Position numbers and translations under genes: made by a program. The notes under the pieces were generated by a model that worked only from the letters and a program-made list of their open reading frames with translations, was not told the origin of the DNA and searched no databases. A DNA stretch of 64,000 nucleotides from Telluria sp. (GTDB lineage Bacteria > Pseudomonadota > Gammaproteobacteria > Burkholderiales > Burkholderiaceae_D), in the NCBI GenBank assembly GCA_035759315.1, contig DASTVB010000074.1, positions 2,195 to 66,194 of the forward strand. Reading direction: 5' to 3'. Positions 42,508 to 52,064 of this stretch are shown here, piece after piece; position 1 is the stretch's first letter, and every line of letters begins with the position of its first letter.

Positions 42508-42695
42508 GATCGCTCCCGGAGTGGTTTGCATGGAACGATGCTACCGGAATCGCGCCGGATACGTCGCGTGCGGCGGACTTGGCCGCGATCGGGGCCGTTT
42601 CGTCGCCGCGACGCCCAATCCGTCGCATAATGCAACCCGTCTGGCCACCGCGTTGCTATCGTGAAGCCAGTCCCAACCACTTAAAAGAACCCATC

Positions 42696-43964
42696 ATGAG
42701 TGCTTTCTTCCTTGTCCTGCGCCTGGTCGCCGCCTGGTTCCTCGCCTACCTCGCAATCGCGATCTTCTTCTCCGAAGTCATCCTGGATGCGCTCGACCTG
42801 CGCGATTCCGAAGGCTTCATCGTCCTGATCGGCTTCATCCTTGCCGGCCTGGTCGCCAGCGTTGCGTTTTCGCACCTGCGCCGGGTGCGCCTGCTGTCCG
42901 ATAACCTTGACCGCAGCACGCTGGCCAACCGCCATCGCCGCCAGATCGAGATTCCGTTCGACGCCAACGAAGCGTTTGCGATCGTCGACGCCGCGATCCG
43001 GGAACTGCCCGGCACCCACAACGTCGAGAGCGCCCGCGACAGCCTGCAGGTGCGCGCCAAGGTCAAGCGCATCGATCCGTACAACGAGGTCCCGGACGGC
43101 GACCCGACGCGCCGCCTGTTCGGGCCGCGCCGCAACCAGATCCTGGCCACCGTCACGCCGAACGGCGCCGGCGGCACCGTGATGCTGGTGTGCGAACCGG
43201 AGCGCCCGGCCTGGACCGATATCTTCCTGGTCGACGACGGCACCAACCTGGAAAACGCCGAAGCGATCACCCGCGCCCTGACGCGCCGCGTCGCCGAGCA
43301 CCGCCGCGGCGAGCAGGCCAGCGCGCTGCAGACCGTGACCGAAAAAGAACTGATGTCGGCGCGCCTGTCGCTGCTGCAGGCCCAGGTCGAGCCGCACTTC
43401 CTGTACAACACCCTGGCCAGCGCCCAGCTGCTGACCCGCACCGATCCGGAGCGCGCCGACGAAATGCTCGGCAACCTGATCCTCTACCTGCGCCACTCGC
43501 TGCCGCGCGCCGAGGTGTCGATGTCCACCTTCGGCGAAGAGCTGGAGCGCGCCAGGGCCTACCTCGACATCCTCAAGATCCGCATGGGTTCGCGCCTTAA
43601 CCTGAAGATCGAAGTGCCCGACGAGCTGCACGGCCTGATGGTGCCGCCGATGATGCTGCAGACCCTGGTCGAGAACGCGATCAAGCATGGCCTCGAGCCC
43701 AAGTCTGGCGGCGGCAACGTGTGGATCCTGGCGCGCGCCTTCGACCGCTCGGTGGCGATCACGGTCGGCGACGACGGGCGCGGCTTCTCGGCCGAAGGCG
43801 GCGGCACCGGCATCGGCCTGGCCAACCTGCGCGAACGCCTGCGCCTGGCCTTCGGCGACGCCGCATCCTTCAACATCGCCGCCAACTTCCCGACCGGCGT
43901 GGCCGCCACCATCACGGTCCCGAACTCGACCCTCAAGGAGAACCAGACATGGTTACCTGCGTAA
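42696..43964 (+). CDS. LytS-type (His_kinase PF06580-like) sensor histidine kinase
   Basis: Two N-terminal TM segments, EPHFLYNTLASAQ H-region, LQTLVENAIKHG N-box, GDDGRGF, GTGIGLANLRERL. Confidence 0.85.
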   Translation: MSAFFLVLRLVAAWFLAYLAIAIFFSEVILDALDLRDSEGFIVLIGFILAGLVASVAFSHLRRVRLLSDNLDRSTLANRHRRQIEIPFDANEAFAIVDAAIRELPGTHNVESARDSLQVRAKVKRIDPYNEVPDGDPTRRLFGPRRNQILATVTPNGAGGTVMLVCEPERPAWTDIFLVDDGTNLENAEAITRALTRRVAEHRRGEQASALQTVTEKELMSARLSLLQAQVEPHFLYNTLASAQLLTRTDPERADEMLGNLILYLRHSLPRAEVSMSTFGEELERARAYLDILKIRMGSRLNLKIEVPDELHGLMVPPMMLQTLVENAIKHGLEPKSGGGNVWILARAFDRSVAITVGDDGRGFSAEGGGTGIGLANLRERLRLAFGDAASFNIAANFPTGVAATITVPNSTLKENQTWLPA

Positions 43965-44710
43965 TCGCCGAAGACGAAGCGCTGCTGCGCGACGCGCTGG
44001 TGCAGATGCTGGGCGAGGCCTGGCCGGAGCTGGAGATCGTCGCGGAGGTGGACGACGGCGGGGCCGCGCTGGATGCGATCGACCGCCTGAAACCGGACGT
44101 GACCTTCCTCGACATCCGCATGCCCGGCCTGACGGGGCTGGAAGTGGCGGGCGCGATGGCAACAGCCAGCCCGCAGACCCAGGTCGTATTTGTAACAGCA
44201 TATGACCAATATGCGATCGACGCCTTCGACAAGGGAGCGGTCGACTACCTGCAAAAGCCGGTCTCGCGCGAGCGGCTGGCAAATACGGTCAGCCGCCTGA
44301 AGGCGCGTGCCGGCGCCGACGCCGCCAAGCTGGCCGAGTTGCTCAAGGTGCTGACCCCGGCCATGCCGGGCAAGGCCAAGTCGGAGCCGCTGGTGTGGCT
44401 GACCGCCAGCGCGGGCACAGAGACGCGCCTGATCATGATCGAGGACGTCGCCTACTTCCAGTCCGACAGCAAGTACACGGTGGTGATGACCACGCAGGGC
44501 GAGGCGCTGCTGCGCAAGCCGATCCGCGAACTGCTGGACGTGCTGGACCCGGCGGTATTCAAGCAGATCCACCGCTCGACCATCGTCAACCTCCGCGCGA
44601 TCGCCTCGGTGGCGCGCGACGACACCGGGCGCGGCCTGGTAAAGCTGAAGAACCGGCCGGAGACGCTGACCGTCAGCCAGCCATTCATGTCCCTGTTCAA
44701 GGCCATGTAG
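43949..44710 (+). CDS. LytTR-family response regulator
   Basis: CVIAEDEALLRD.., VTFLDIRMPGLTG, and a LytTR DNA-binding C-terminus (YFQSDSKYTVVMT...HRSTIVNL). It overlaps the kinase gene by 16 nt. Confidence 0.9.
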   Translation: MVTCVIAEDEALLRDALVQMLGEAWPELEIVAEVDDGGAALDAIDRLKPDVTFLDIRMPGLTGLEVAGAMATASPQTQVVFVTAYDQYAIDAFDKGAVDYLQKPVSRERLANTVSRLKARAGADAAKLAELLKVLTPAMPGKAKSEPLVWLTASAGTETRLIMIEDVAYFQSDSKYTVVMTTQGEALLRKPIRELLDVLDPAVFKQIHRSTIVNLRAIASVARDDTGRGLVKLKNRPETLTVSQPFMSLFKAM

Positions 44711-44842
44711 CAGGCCTGGCGTGGTGTGCAAGTGCCGTTACGCGTGACACGTTTGGTAACAATCCTCTGTGTGGCACCGAACGATATAGTTGCCGCAGGT
44801 GGGTACAATCGGGTCATGTTTCAACACAACCCAGGGCACACC

Positions 44843-45394
44843 ATGAAAAACCTACTTCTCGCATTGGCCATCTTCGCCGGCGCCGCCATCCCGGCGGCGG
44901 CACAGACCAGCGTCTCGGTGACGATCGGCCAGCCGGGCTTCTACGGCACCATCGACATCGGCGACTACGGTCCTCCACCGGTGTTCATCGCCGAACCGAT
45001 CATCGTCCAGCGCGAAGTGCGCTACGTGGCCCAGCCGATCTACCTGCGCGTGCCGCCGGGCCACCGCAAGCACTGGTCGCGCCACTGCAGCCGCTACAAC
45101 GCCTGCGGCCGTCCGGTGTACTTCGTGCGTGACGACTGGTACCTGAACGAATACGCACCGCGCTACCAGCGCGAGCATCGCGCACGCCACGTCGACTATC
45201 GCCGCGACGGCCGTTATGACGGCGACCGCCGCGACGGCCGCTACGACGGTGACCGCCGCGAGGTCCGCTACGACGGCGACCGCCGTTATGACCGCGTCGA
45301 CCACCATGACCGTGACGACCGCAAGCACGGCAAAGGCCACAAGGACAAGGATCACGGCAAGGGCCACGGCAATGGCCACGGCCGCGGCCACTAA
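44843..45394 (+). CDS. Secreted protein with RDGRYDGDR tandem repeats and His/Gly/Lys-rich tail
   Basis: Signal peptide MKNLLLALAIFAGAAIPAAAQ. There is a conserved-looking Cys pair region (HWSRHCSRYNACGRPVYFVRDDWY). Three 27-nt DNA repeats lie at 45201-45281. The tail is KHGKGHKDKDHGKGHGNGHGRGH. Confidence 0.7.
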   Translation: MKNLLLALAIFAGAAIPAAAQTSVSVTIGQPGFYGTIDIGDYGPPPVFIAEPIIVQREVRYVAQPIYLRVPPGHRKHWSRHCSRYNACGRPVYFVRDDWYLNEYAPRYQREHRARHVDYRRDGRYDGDRRDGRYDGDRREVRYDGDRRYDRVDHHDRDDRKHGKGHKDKDHGKGHGNGHGRGH

Positions 45395-45412
45395 GCTTCG
45401 GTGCAAGCGACA

Positions 45413-45441
45413 GGACGGACCTTCGGGTCCGTCTTTTTTTT
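45413..45441 (+). terminator. Rho-independent terminator
   Basis: GACGGACC-TTCG-GGTCCGTC stem-loop followed by T8. Confidence 0.85.
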
Positions 45442-45471
45442 GCGCGTTAGCCCGGGCGTGCGCATGCCGCC

Positions 45472-45567
45472 GTCATTCCAGCGCAGGCTTGGATCCATAC
45501 CGGGCGTGCCTGGACGACGCAATCGTTGTTCTATCGATGTATGGATCCCAGCCTTCGCTGGGATGAC
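45472..45567. repeat. REP-A inverted pair
   Basis: GTCATTCCAGCGCAGGCTTGGATCCAT ... ATGGATCCCAGCCTTCGCTGGGATGAC. Confidence 0.9.
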
Positions 45568-45688
45568 GACGGATCGGCATGGCCGCACCCAGAAACCCGG
45601 GGCACCTCGACTGTGCGGTTTGACGGATCATAGTAGACTGTCAATAAAGGTTCCGCCGCCGGCGGGACGAGCCGATCGGAGGTTGCGT

Positions 45689-46984
45689 TTGCAGAGCGAA
45701 TTTGTGATCGTTGGAGGCGGGGCGGGCGGCCTGGAGCTGGCCTGCAAACTTGGCCGCAAGTTCGGCCCGGCCAAGGTGGCGCTGGTGGACAGCCGCCTTT
45801 ACCATATCTGGAAACCGTCGCTGCACGAGGTGGCGGCCGGCACGCTGGACGTGCACCAGGAGGGCCTGTCCTACCAGATGCTGGCGCACGATAACGGCTT
45901 CACCTTCGTGTACGGCGCAATGACCGGGCTTGATCCCGAGGCGCGCAGCGTGACCGTCGGTCCCATCACCAGCGGCGACGGCGAGGAAGTCCTGCCGCAG
46001 CGGCGCATCGGCTACCGTTCGCTGGTACTGGCGGTGGGCAGCGTCTCCAATTACTTCGGCGTGCCGGGCGCGCGCGAATGCACCATCTCCCTGAACGCGG
46101 TCGAGGATGCTGAGCGCTTCCGCCTGACGCTCCTGAAGCTGCTGGCGCGCGCCGAGTACCGCGAGGACGGCAAGACCGGCGCCGGCATCGACGTGGTGAT
46201 CATCGGTGGCGGCGCGACCGGCGTCGAGCTGGCCGCCGAACTGCGCGAGGCGAGCGGCGTGTACGCGACTTACGGCGTGGGGCACGAAGCCCTGCGCGAC
46301 GTGCGCATCACGGTGCTGGAAGGCGCGCCGCGCATCCTGGCGCCGCTGCCCGAGAAGGTTTCGAACGCCGCGAAGCGCCTGCTGGACAAGCGCGCGATCC
46401 GGGTGGTGACTTCGTGCCGCGTCACCCACATCACGCCGGGCAGCGTCACCGACAACGACGGCAAGGTGTATCCGGCCGACCTGTGCGTGTGGGCGGCCGG
46501 CATCCGCGCGCCGGAACTGCTTGGCGAACTGGGTCTGCCGGTGGCCAAGGGCGGTCAGGTGCAGGTGGACGAGCGCCTGCAGGTCAAAGGCGTGCCGGGC
46601 GTGTATGCGCTGGGCGACTGCGCCGACTGCACCGACGCCAGGGGCGTGCACGTGCCACCGCGCGCGCAGGCGGCGCACCAGCAGGCGGACTACCTGATGG
46701 AGACCTTCCAGCGCGAGTCGGCGGGCAAGCCGCAGCAGCAACGCGGCTACGAGTACAAGGATTACGGCTCGCTGGTGTCGGTGGGGCAGACCACCTCGGT
46801 CGGAAGCCTGATGGGATCGCTCAAGGGATTGAGCTGGTTCGTGGAGGGATTCGTGGCGCGCATGATGTATGTGAGCCTGCACCTGCTGCATCACCGCGCG
46901 GTGCTGGGGACGGTGCGCACGGGGGTGCTGGCGATTGCGCGCTTCCTGATCAAGCGGACTACGCCGCTGGTCAAACTGCACTAG
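45689..46984 (+). CDS. ndh: Type II NADH:quinone oxidoreductase (NDH-2)
   Basis: TTG start 6 nt after GGAGG. Two dinucleotide folds are present (VIVGGGAGGLE; VVIIGGGATGVELA), plus GDCA and a C-terminal membrane-anchoring helix. The upstream 96 codons of the track ORF are REP-derived. Confidence 0.85.
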   Translation: MQSEFVIVGGGAGGLELACKLGRKFGPAKVALVDSRLYHIWKPSLHEVAAGTLDVHQEGLSYQMLAHDNGFTFVYGAMTGLDPEARSVTVGPITSGDGEEVLPQRRIGYRSLVLAVGSVSNYFGVPGARECTISLNAVEDAERFRLTLLKLLARAEYREDGKTGAGIDVVIIGGGATGVELAAELREASGVYATYGVGHEALRDVRITVLEGAPRILAPLPEKVSNAAKRLLDKRAIRVVTSCRVTHITPGSVTDNDGKVYPADLCVWAAGIRAPELLGELGLPVAKGGQVQVDERLQVKGVPGVYALGDCADCTDARGVHVPPRAQAAHQQADYLMETFQRESAGKPQQQRGYEYKDYGSLVSVGQTTSVGSLMGSLKGLSWFVEGFVARMMYVSLHLLHHRAVLGTVRTGVLAIARFLIKRTTPLVKLH

Positions 46985-46990
46985 CAAGAT

Positions 46991-47090
46991 GTCATCCCCG
47001 CGAAGGCGGGGACCCATGCTGATTCACCGTAGTTGCTTACGGCGCCACCGCCGAAAGCTCAACATGGGTTCCCGCGTGCGCGGGAATGAC
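46991..47090. repeat. REP-A variant inverted pair (CCCCGCGAAGGCGGGG type)
   Basis: GTCATCCCCGCGAAGGCGGGGACCCAT ... ATGGGTTCCCGCGTGCGCGGGAATGAC. It lies between convergent ndh and the kinase gene. Confidence 0.85.
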
Positions 47091-47099
47091 GGTGGGAGG

Positions 47100-47804
47100 T
47101 TAGCGGGGAATGGTGACGGTCATGATGGTGCCGCGCTCCGGGCGGTTCGCCACCGTCAGCGTGCCATCCAAAAAGCGCACCCGCTCGCGCAGCATCCGCA
47201 GGCCATGGCAGCTGCGCGAGTCCGTGTCCACCGAGGCATTGCCGATGCCGTCATCGCGCACGGTCAGCACCAGTTCGTCGCCGGTGTCGTCGAGGATCAC
47301 CTCGGCCGTCGACGCCATCGCGTGCTGCGCCACGTTGCGCAGGCCTTCTTCCGCGGCGCGCAGCAGCGCGACGCTCTGCTGGCGCGTGCAGTCGACGTCG
47401 TCCTCCGGCAGGCTGGCGCTTACTTTGAAGCCATGCTCTTCGGCGAAGCGCTCGACCAGGTCGGCCAGCGCCGCCTTCAGCCCCAGGAATTCCAGTTTGT
47501 CGTTCCAGAGGTTGAGCTGCATTTCGCGGTTGGCGTTGACCACCTGCGCCAGCAGGTTGCGCATCTGCAGCACACGGTCCTGCAGGGCCTGGTCCTGCGG
47601 CAGCTTCTGCTGCAGCAGCGACAGGTGCATGGTCAGAGCGGTGAGCGAAGAGCCGAGGTTGTCGTGCATCTTGCGGGCCAGCTGGCGCCGCTCGTCATCC
47701 CAGCAATTGGCGAGATGCCCCAGGAGCTCGGTGAGATCCTCGGTGCGTTCGGCCACCAGGCGAACCAGGTCGGTTTCGGTTGTCTGCGGTGCCGGTGCAG
47801 TCAT
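47100..47804 (-). CDS. Sensor-less HisKA_3-type histidine kinase (DHp + catalytic domain only)
   Basis: MTAPAPQTTE.., H-box ARKMHDNLGSSL, EEGLRNVAQHA, DDGIGN, HGLRMLRERV. There is no TM or sensory domain (~234 aa). Confidence 0.8.
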   Translation of the reverse strand: MTAPAPQTTETDLVRLVAERTEDLTELLGHLANCWDDERRQLARKMHDNLGSSLTALTMHLSLLQQKLPQDQALQDRVLQMRNLLAQVVNANREMQLNLWNDKLEFLGLKAALADLVERFAEEHGFKVSASLPEDDVDCTRQQSVALLRAAEEGLRNVAQHAMASTAEVILDDTGDELVLTVRDDGIGNASVDTDSRSCHGLRMLRERVRFLDGTLTVANRPERGTIMTVTIPR

Positions 47805-47974
47805 GTGAGCTCTCGAATAAGTTTCTGCCGCATCATACCTCAGCTTCCCGGCAAGGGGCGCTGCGCTTGGCTGACTGCGGAGACGGTGAAGTGCCGCACA
47901 TACGCATTCTGCCTTCTGAGCCAACCTGTCGGTGTACGGCGGACAGTACCGCCGACCTAACAAAAGGAGCCAGC

Positions 47975-48439
47975 ATGCCAACCAACAAAATCGACGCCAC
48001 CAAACTCCTTGAGCAGGATCATCGCGAGGTCGAGGCACTCTTCAAGAAATTCGAAGACCTGACCGACCGCGCGAAAGTTTCCAAGAAGAAGATCGCCGAC
48101 CAGATTTGCAACGAGCTGACCGTGCACGCACAGGTCGAGGAAGAGATTTTCTATCCGGCCGTGCGCGGCGCGGGCAAGGAGTTCGAAGACCTGATCGACG
48201 AGGCCACCGTGGAGCATTCCAGCGCCAAGGACCTGATTGCGCAGATCCAGTCGATGGAAGCGGACGAGGAACTCTATGACGCCAAGGTGAAGGTGCTGCA
48301 GGAGCAGATCGAGCACCACGTAGAGGAAGAAGAGGGCGAGATGTTCAAGAAGGTGCGCAAGACCAGCCTGGACCTGGAAACGCTGGGGGGGCAGATGCAG
48401 GCGCGCAAGGAAGAGCTCAAGGCCGCGATGGGCATGTAA
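47975..48439 (+). CDS. Hemerythrin-domain protein
   Basis: AAGGAG SD. His/Glu ligand pattern: EQDHREVE, VHAQVEEEIFYP, EHSSAKD, IEHHVEEEEGEMF. Confidence 0.85.
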   Translation: MPTNKIDATKLLEQDHREVEALFKKFEDLTDRAKVSKKKIADQICNELTVHAQVEEEIFYPAVRGAGKEFEDLIDEATVEHSSAKDLIAQIQSMEADEELYDAKVKVLQEQIEHHVEEEEGEMFKKVRKTSLDLETLGGQMQARKEELKAAMGM

Positions 48440-48446
48440 TCAGGAT

Positions 48447-48541
48447 GGGGACTGTCCCCGCAGGGGACTGTCCCCCGGTGTTAGACAAAGCCCGGGAATT
48501 TCCAAAACACCGGGGGACGGTCCCCTGCGGGGACAGTCCCC
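48447..48541. repeat. REP-B composite element (~95 bp), twin of 40763-40858
   Basis: GGGGACTGTCCCCGCAGGGGACTGTCCCCCGGTGTT...AACACCGGGGGACGGTCCCCTGCGGGGACAGTCCCC. It lies between the convergent hemerythrin and hybrid kinase genes. Confidence 0.9.
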
Positions 48542-48550
48542 AACCTTGCG

Positions 48551-50215
48551 TCAGGTTTTTACGGCGGGAGCGCCGCACTGGCTGATCGCCTCGATCAGCG
48601 CATCCATCTGCACCGGTTTCACCAGGTGCATGTCAAAGCCGGCCTCCATCACGCGGCGGTGGTCTTCCGCCTGTCCATAGCCCGTCAGCGCAATCAGCCG
48701 GATGTTCTGGGTGGGTTCCGACGCGCGCAGCCGGCGCGCCACTTCATAGCCATCGATCCCCGGCAGCCCGATATCGACCAGCGCCACGTCCGGCACCACG
48801 GCTGAAGCCAGGTCCACGCCCTGCACGCCGTCGGCCGCATGCCGCACCGGGTAGCCGTGGGTGGTCAGCATCATGGCCATCATTTCGCGACCATCGTCGT
48901 TATCCTCGATCAGCAGGACCGAAGGCTTGCCGGCGGTGGCATCGAGCTTGATTTCCGGCTGGGCGCTGTCGCGCGCCGATACCCGCGGCAGGCGGATCAT
49001 GAAGGTCGAACCGGTGCCGGGCCCGTCGCTGTGCGCGCTGACCGAGCCGCCGTGCAGTTCCACCAGCCTGCGCACCAGCGCCAGGCCGATGCCCAGGCCA
49101 CCCTGCGCCCGGTCGATCGAGCTGGTGCCCTGCACGAACACGTCGAACACATGCGGCAGCAGGTCCTGGCCGATGCCCACGCCGGTGTCGCGCACGGTGA
49201 TCACGGTGTCCTCGCCCTCGACCCGGGTGACCAGGTCGATGCGTCCGCCCGGGGGCGTGTACTTGAGCGCGTTGTCGATCAGGTTGGAGGTGATCTGTTC
49301 CAGGCGGGTGAGGTCGCCCTCGACCCAGCAATCCGCATTGGTGTCCAGTTCGACCGCGTATTCCAGCGTGCGGCCGGTGGCGCGGAAGGTTTCGAAGCAG
49401 GCGCGCATCAGCTGCGCCATTTCGACCGGCTGGCGGTTGAGCAGGATCTTGCCCGACATCGCGCGCGACAGGTCGAGCAGGTCGTCGACGATGTGCGACA
49501 GGTGCTGGCTCTGGCGCTGGATGATCGAGCGTGCGCGGGTGATGGTGTCGGGGCCGGCGCCCGGCAGCCCGATCAGCGAAGCCGCGCTGGTGATGGCCGA
49601 CAGCGGATTGCGCAGCTCGTGCCCCAGCATGGCCAGGAATTCGTCCTTGGCGTGGCTCTTGCGTTCGGCGTCGCGCCGCTCTTCCATTTCGCGCACCAGG
49701 CGCTTGTTGGTGGCGGTCAGCTCGGTGGTGCGCTGGCTCAGCTTGGCGGCCTGGCGCTTCAGTTCTTCGTTCTTGGTTGCCAGCGCGACGAATACCGCGA
49801 CCTTGGCGTGCAGGATCTGCGGGATCACCGGGGTGAACAGGAAGTCGGCCGCACCCTTTTGGTAAGCCTTGAGGCGGTCGATTTCATCGGCCACGAAAGC
49901 GGTCACGAAGATGATCGGGATGTCGGCGGAGCGTGGACGCTGGTGAATGGTTTCGGCAGTCTCAAAGCCGTCCATGCCGGGCATGTTCACGTCCAGCAGG
50001 ATCACGGCGAAGTCGTGCAGCAGCACCTGGCGCAGCGCTTCCTGTCCGGAACGGGCGGACACCACTTCGTAGTTCGACTGTTCCGCCCATTGGTCAAGCA
50101 AGCTGGTCAAAGCTAGCAGGCTGGCAGCATCATCGTTCACAACCAGGATCTTTGGTTTTTCGATTTTCGGCACGAGGATGAAGGCGGTCTTTACGTTAAG
50201 CAAGCAGGATACCAC
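48551..50215 (-). CDS. Hybrid histidine kinase REC-HisKA-HATPase-REC
   Basis: N-terminal REC (ILVVNDDAAS, ILLDVNMPGMDG), coiled coil, H-box GHELRNPLSAI, NALKYTP, DTGVGI, GLGIGLAL, C-terminal REC (VLLIEDNDD, ALVDIGLPGIDG). The exact start is uncertain (the track start is a GTG without an SD). Confidence 0.85.
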   Translation of the reverse strand: MVSCLLNVKTAFILVPKIEKPKILVVNDDAASLLALTSLLDQWAEQSNYEVVSARSGQEALRQVLLHDFAVILLDVNMPGMDGFETAETIHQRPRSADIPIIFVTAFVADEIDRLKAYQKGAADFLFTPVIPQILHAKVAVFVALATKNEELKRQAAKLSQRTTELTATNKRLVREMEERRDAERKSHAKDEFLAMLGHELRNPLSAITSAASLIGLPGAGPDTITRARSIIQRQSQHLSHIVDDLLDLSRAMSGKILLNRQPVEMAQLMRACFETFRATGRTLEYAVELDTNADCWVEGDLTRLEQITSNLIDNALKYTPPGGRIDLVTRVEGEDTVITVRDTGVGIGQDLLPHVFDVFVQGTSSIDRAQGGLGIGLALVRRLVELHGGSVSAHSDGPGTGSTFMIRLPRVSARDSAQPEIKLDATAGKPSVLLIEDNDDGREMMAMMLTTHGYPVRHAADGVQGVDLASAVVPDVALVDIGLPGIDGYEVARRLRASEPTQNIRLIALTGYGQAEDHRRVMEAGFDMHLVKPVQMDALIEAISQCGAPAVKT

Positions 50216-50230
50216 GGGAGGCTGGCATAA

Positions 50231-50803
<573 letters not shown>

Positions 50804-50850
50804 AGCGTGCCCGGCGGCCCGGCTGCCGGTTCCTGCCATTGCAATGAGTG

Positions 50851-50874
50851 AAGCGGCCCGCGGGCCGCTTTTTT
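50851..50874 (+). terminator. Rho-independent terminator
   Basis: AAGCGGCC-CGCG-GGCCGCTT stem-loop running into T6. Confidence 0.8.
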
Positions 50875-50886
50875 CATAGGGCAATC

Positions 50887-51882
50887 TCAGGAGCGCTGGA
50901 TCGGGGTGCGTCCGCCCACCACGGACAGCGGCGCGGCGATCGGCGCATTGGCGGCAGTCGAAGTCGAGCAGAAGCGGTTCTTGCCGGAGCGCTTGGCTTC
51001 GTACAGCGCGTAGTCGGCGATGCTGATCAGCGCCTCCACGGTTTCGGCGTCGTCCGGATACATGCTGATGCCGATACTGGTCGACAGCCGCAGTGTCAGG
51101 TCATTGATGAAGTAGGGCTCGGATACCGCCTCGACCAGCTTGGCCGCCGGGCCCTGCGCATCGGCCAGGCCATGCACGTCGCCCAGAACGATCATGAATT
51201 CGTCGCCGCCCAGGCGCGCCACCGTGTCTTCCTTGCGCGAGGTGGCCACCAGCCGCTGGGCCACCATTTTCAGCACTTCGTCGCCATAGGCGTGGCCGTA
51301 GGTGTCGTTGATCGCCTTGAAACCATCCAGGTCCAAATACATGATCGCCGCCTTGTGGTGGTGGCGGTTGGCGTGCTGCAGGGTGGTTTCGATGCGGTCC
51401 TCGAGCAGGCGGCGGTTTGGCAGGCCGGTCAGCGCGTCGTGCAGCGCCAGTTCCTGCTGGGTGCGCGAATACAGCGCCAGTTCCTTGTACAGCAGGCGCA
51501 CTTCGAGCATGTTGTGGATGCGCTTTTGCACTTCGAGCAGGTCGAAGGGCTTGCTGATGAAGTCGCGCGCACCCGCTTCCAGCGCGGCGATCTTGAAGCT
51601 CGGCTGCGCGGTCAGGGCCAGCACCGGCAGGTAGCCGCCGTGTTCGATTTCTTTCAAGCCTTTCATCACCTGGAAGCCGTTCAGGCCGGGCATCTGCAGG
51701 TCGAGCAGGATCAGGTCGTAGTTGTGCTGGCGGTGCAGCGGGCACACCTGCTCGGGAAGCATGGTCGAACTGACATTGGCGTAGCCTTCCTCGCGCAATA
51801 TCTCTTCCATCAGGTCGATATTGTCGGGCGAGTCGTCTACGACCAGGATTTTCGCGTTAAGGATGTCGTCTCTGCTCGGCAT
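50887..51882 (-). CDS. Response regulator-diguanylate cyclase (REC-GGDEF)
   Basis: ILVVDDSPDN, LILLDLQMPGLNG, KPF, then DALTGLPNRR, DLDGFKAINDTYGH, active-site GGDEF (RLGGDEFMIVL). Confidence 0.92.
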   Translation of the reverse strand: MPSRDDILNAKILVVDDSPDNIDLMEEILREEGYANVSSTMLPEQVCPLHRQHNYDLILLDLQMPGLNGFQVMKGLKEIEHGGYLPVLALTAQPSFKIAALEAGARDFISKPFDLLEVQKRIHNMLEVRLLYKELALYSRTQQELALHDALTGLPNRRLLEDRIETTLQHANRHHHKAAIMYLDLDGFKAINDTYGHAYGDEVLKMVAQRLVATSRKEDTVARLGGDEFMIVLGDVHGLADAQGPAAKLVEAVSEPYFINDLTLRLSTSIGISMYPDDAETVEALISIADYALYEAKRSGKNRFCSTSTAANAPIAAPLSVVGGRTPIQRS

Positions 51883-52064
51883 GCTATTTCTCTTTCATGC
51901 ATGGACAAAGCGGCGTCCCGGAAGGGATGCTGTCACGGAGTTGCCCATGTTTCCGGGCCGTATTGGGCCAGGACTATTCAAGAAATTAGTGTACCGAATG
52001 GGGGGCCGATTTCTTGTAGGACAGCGCCGCGTGTTCCGGTAGGAACAGCATTGCGCTGCACCTG

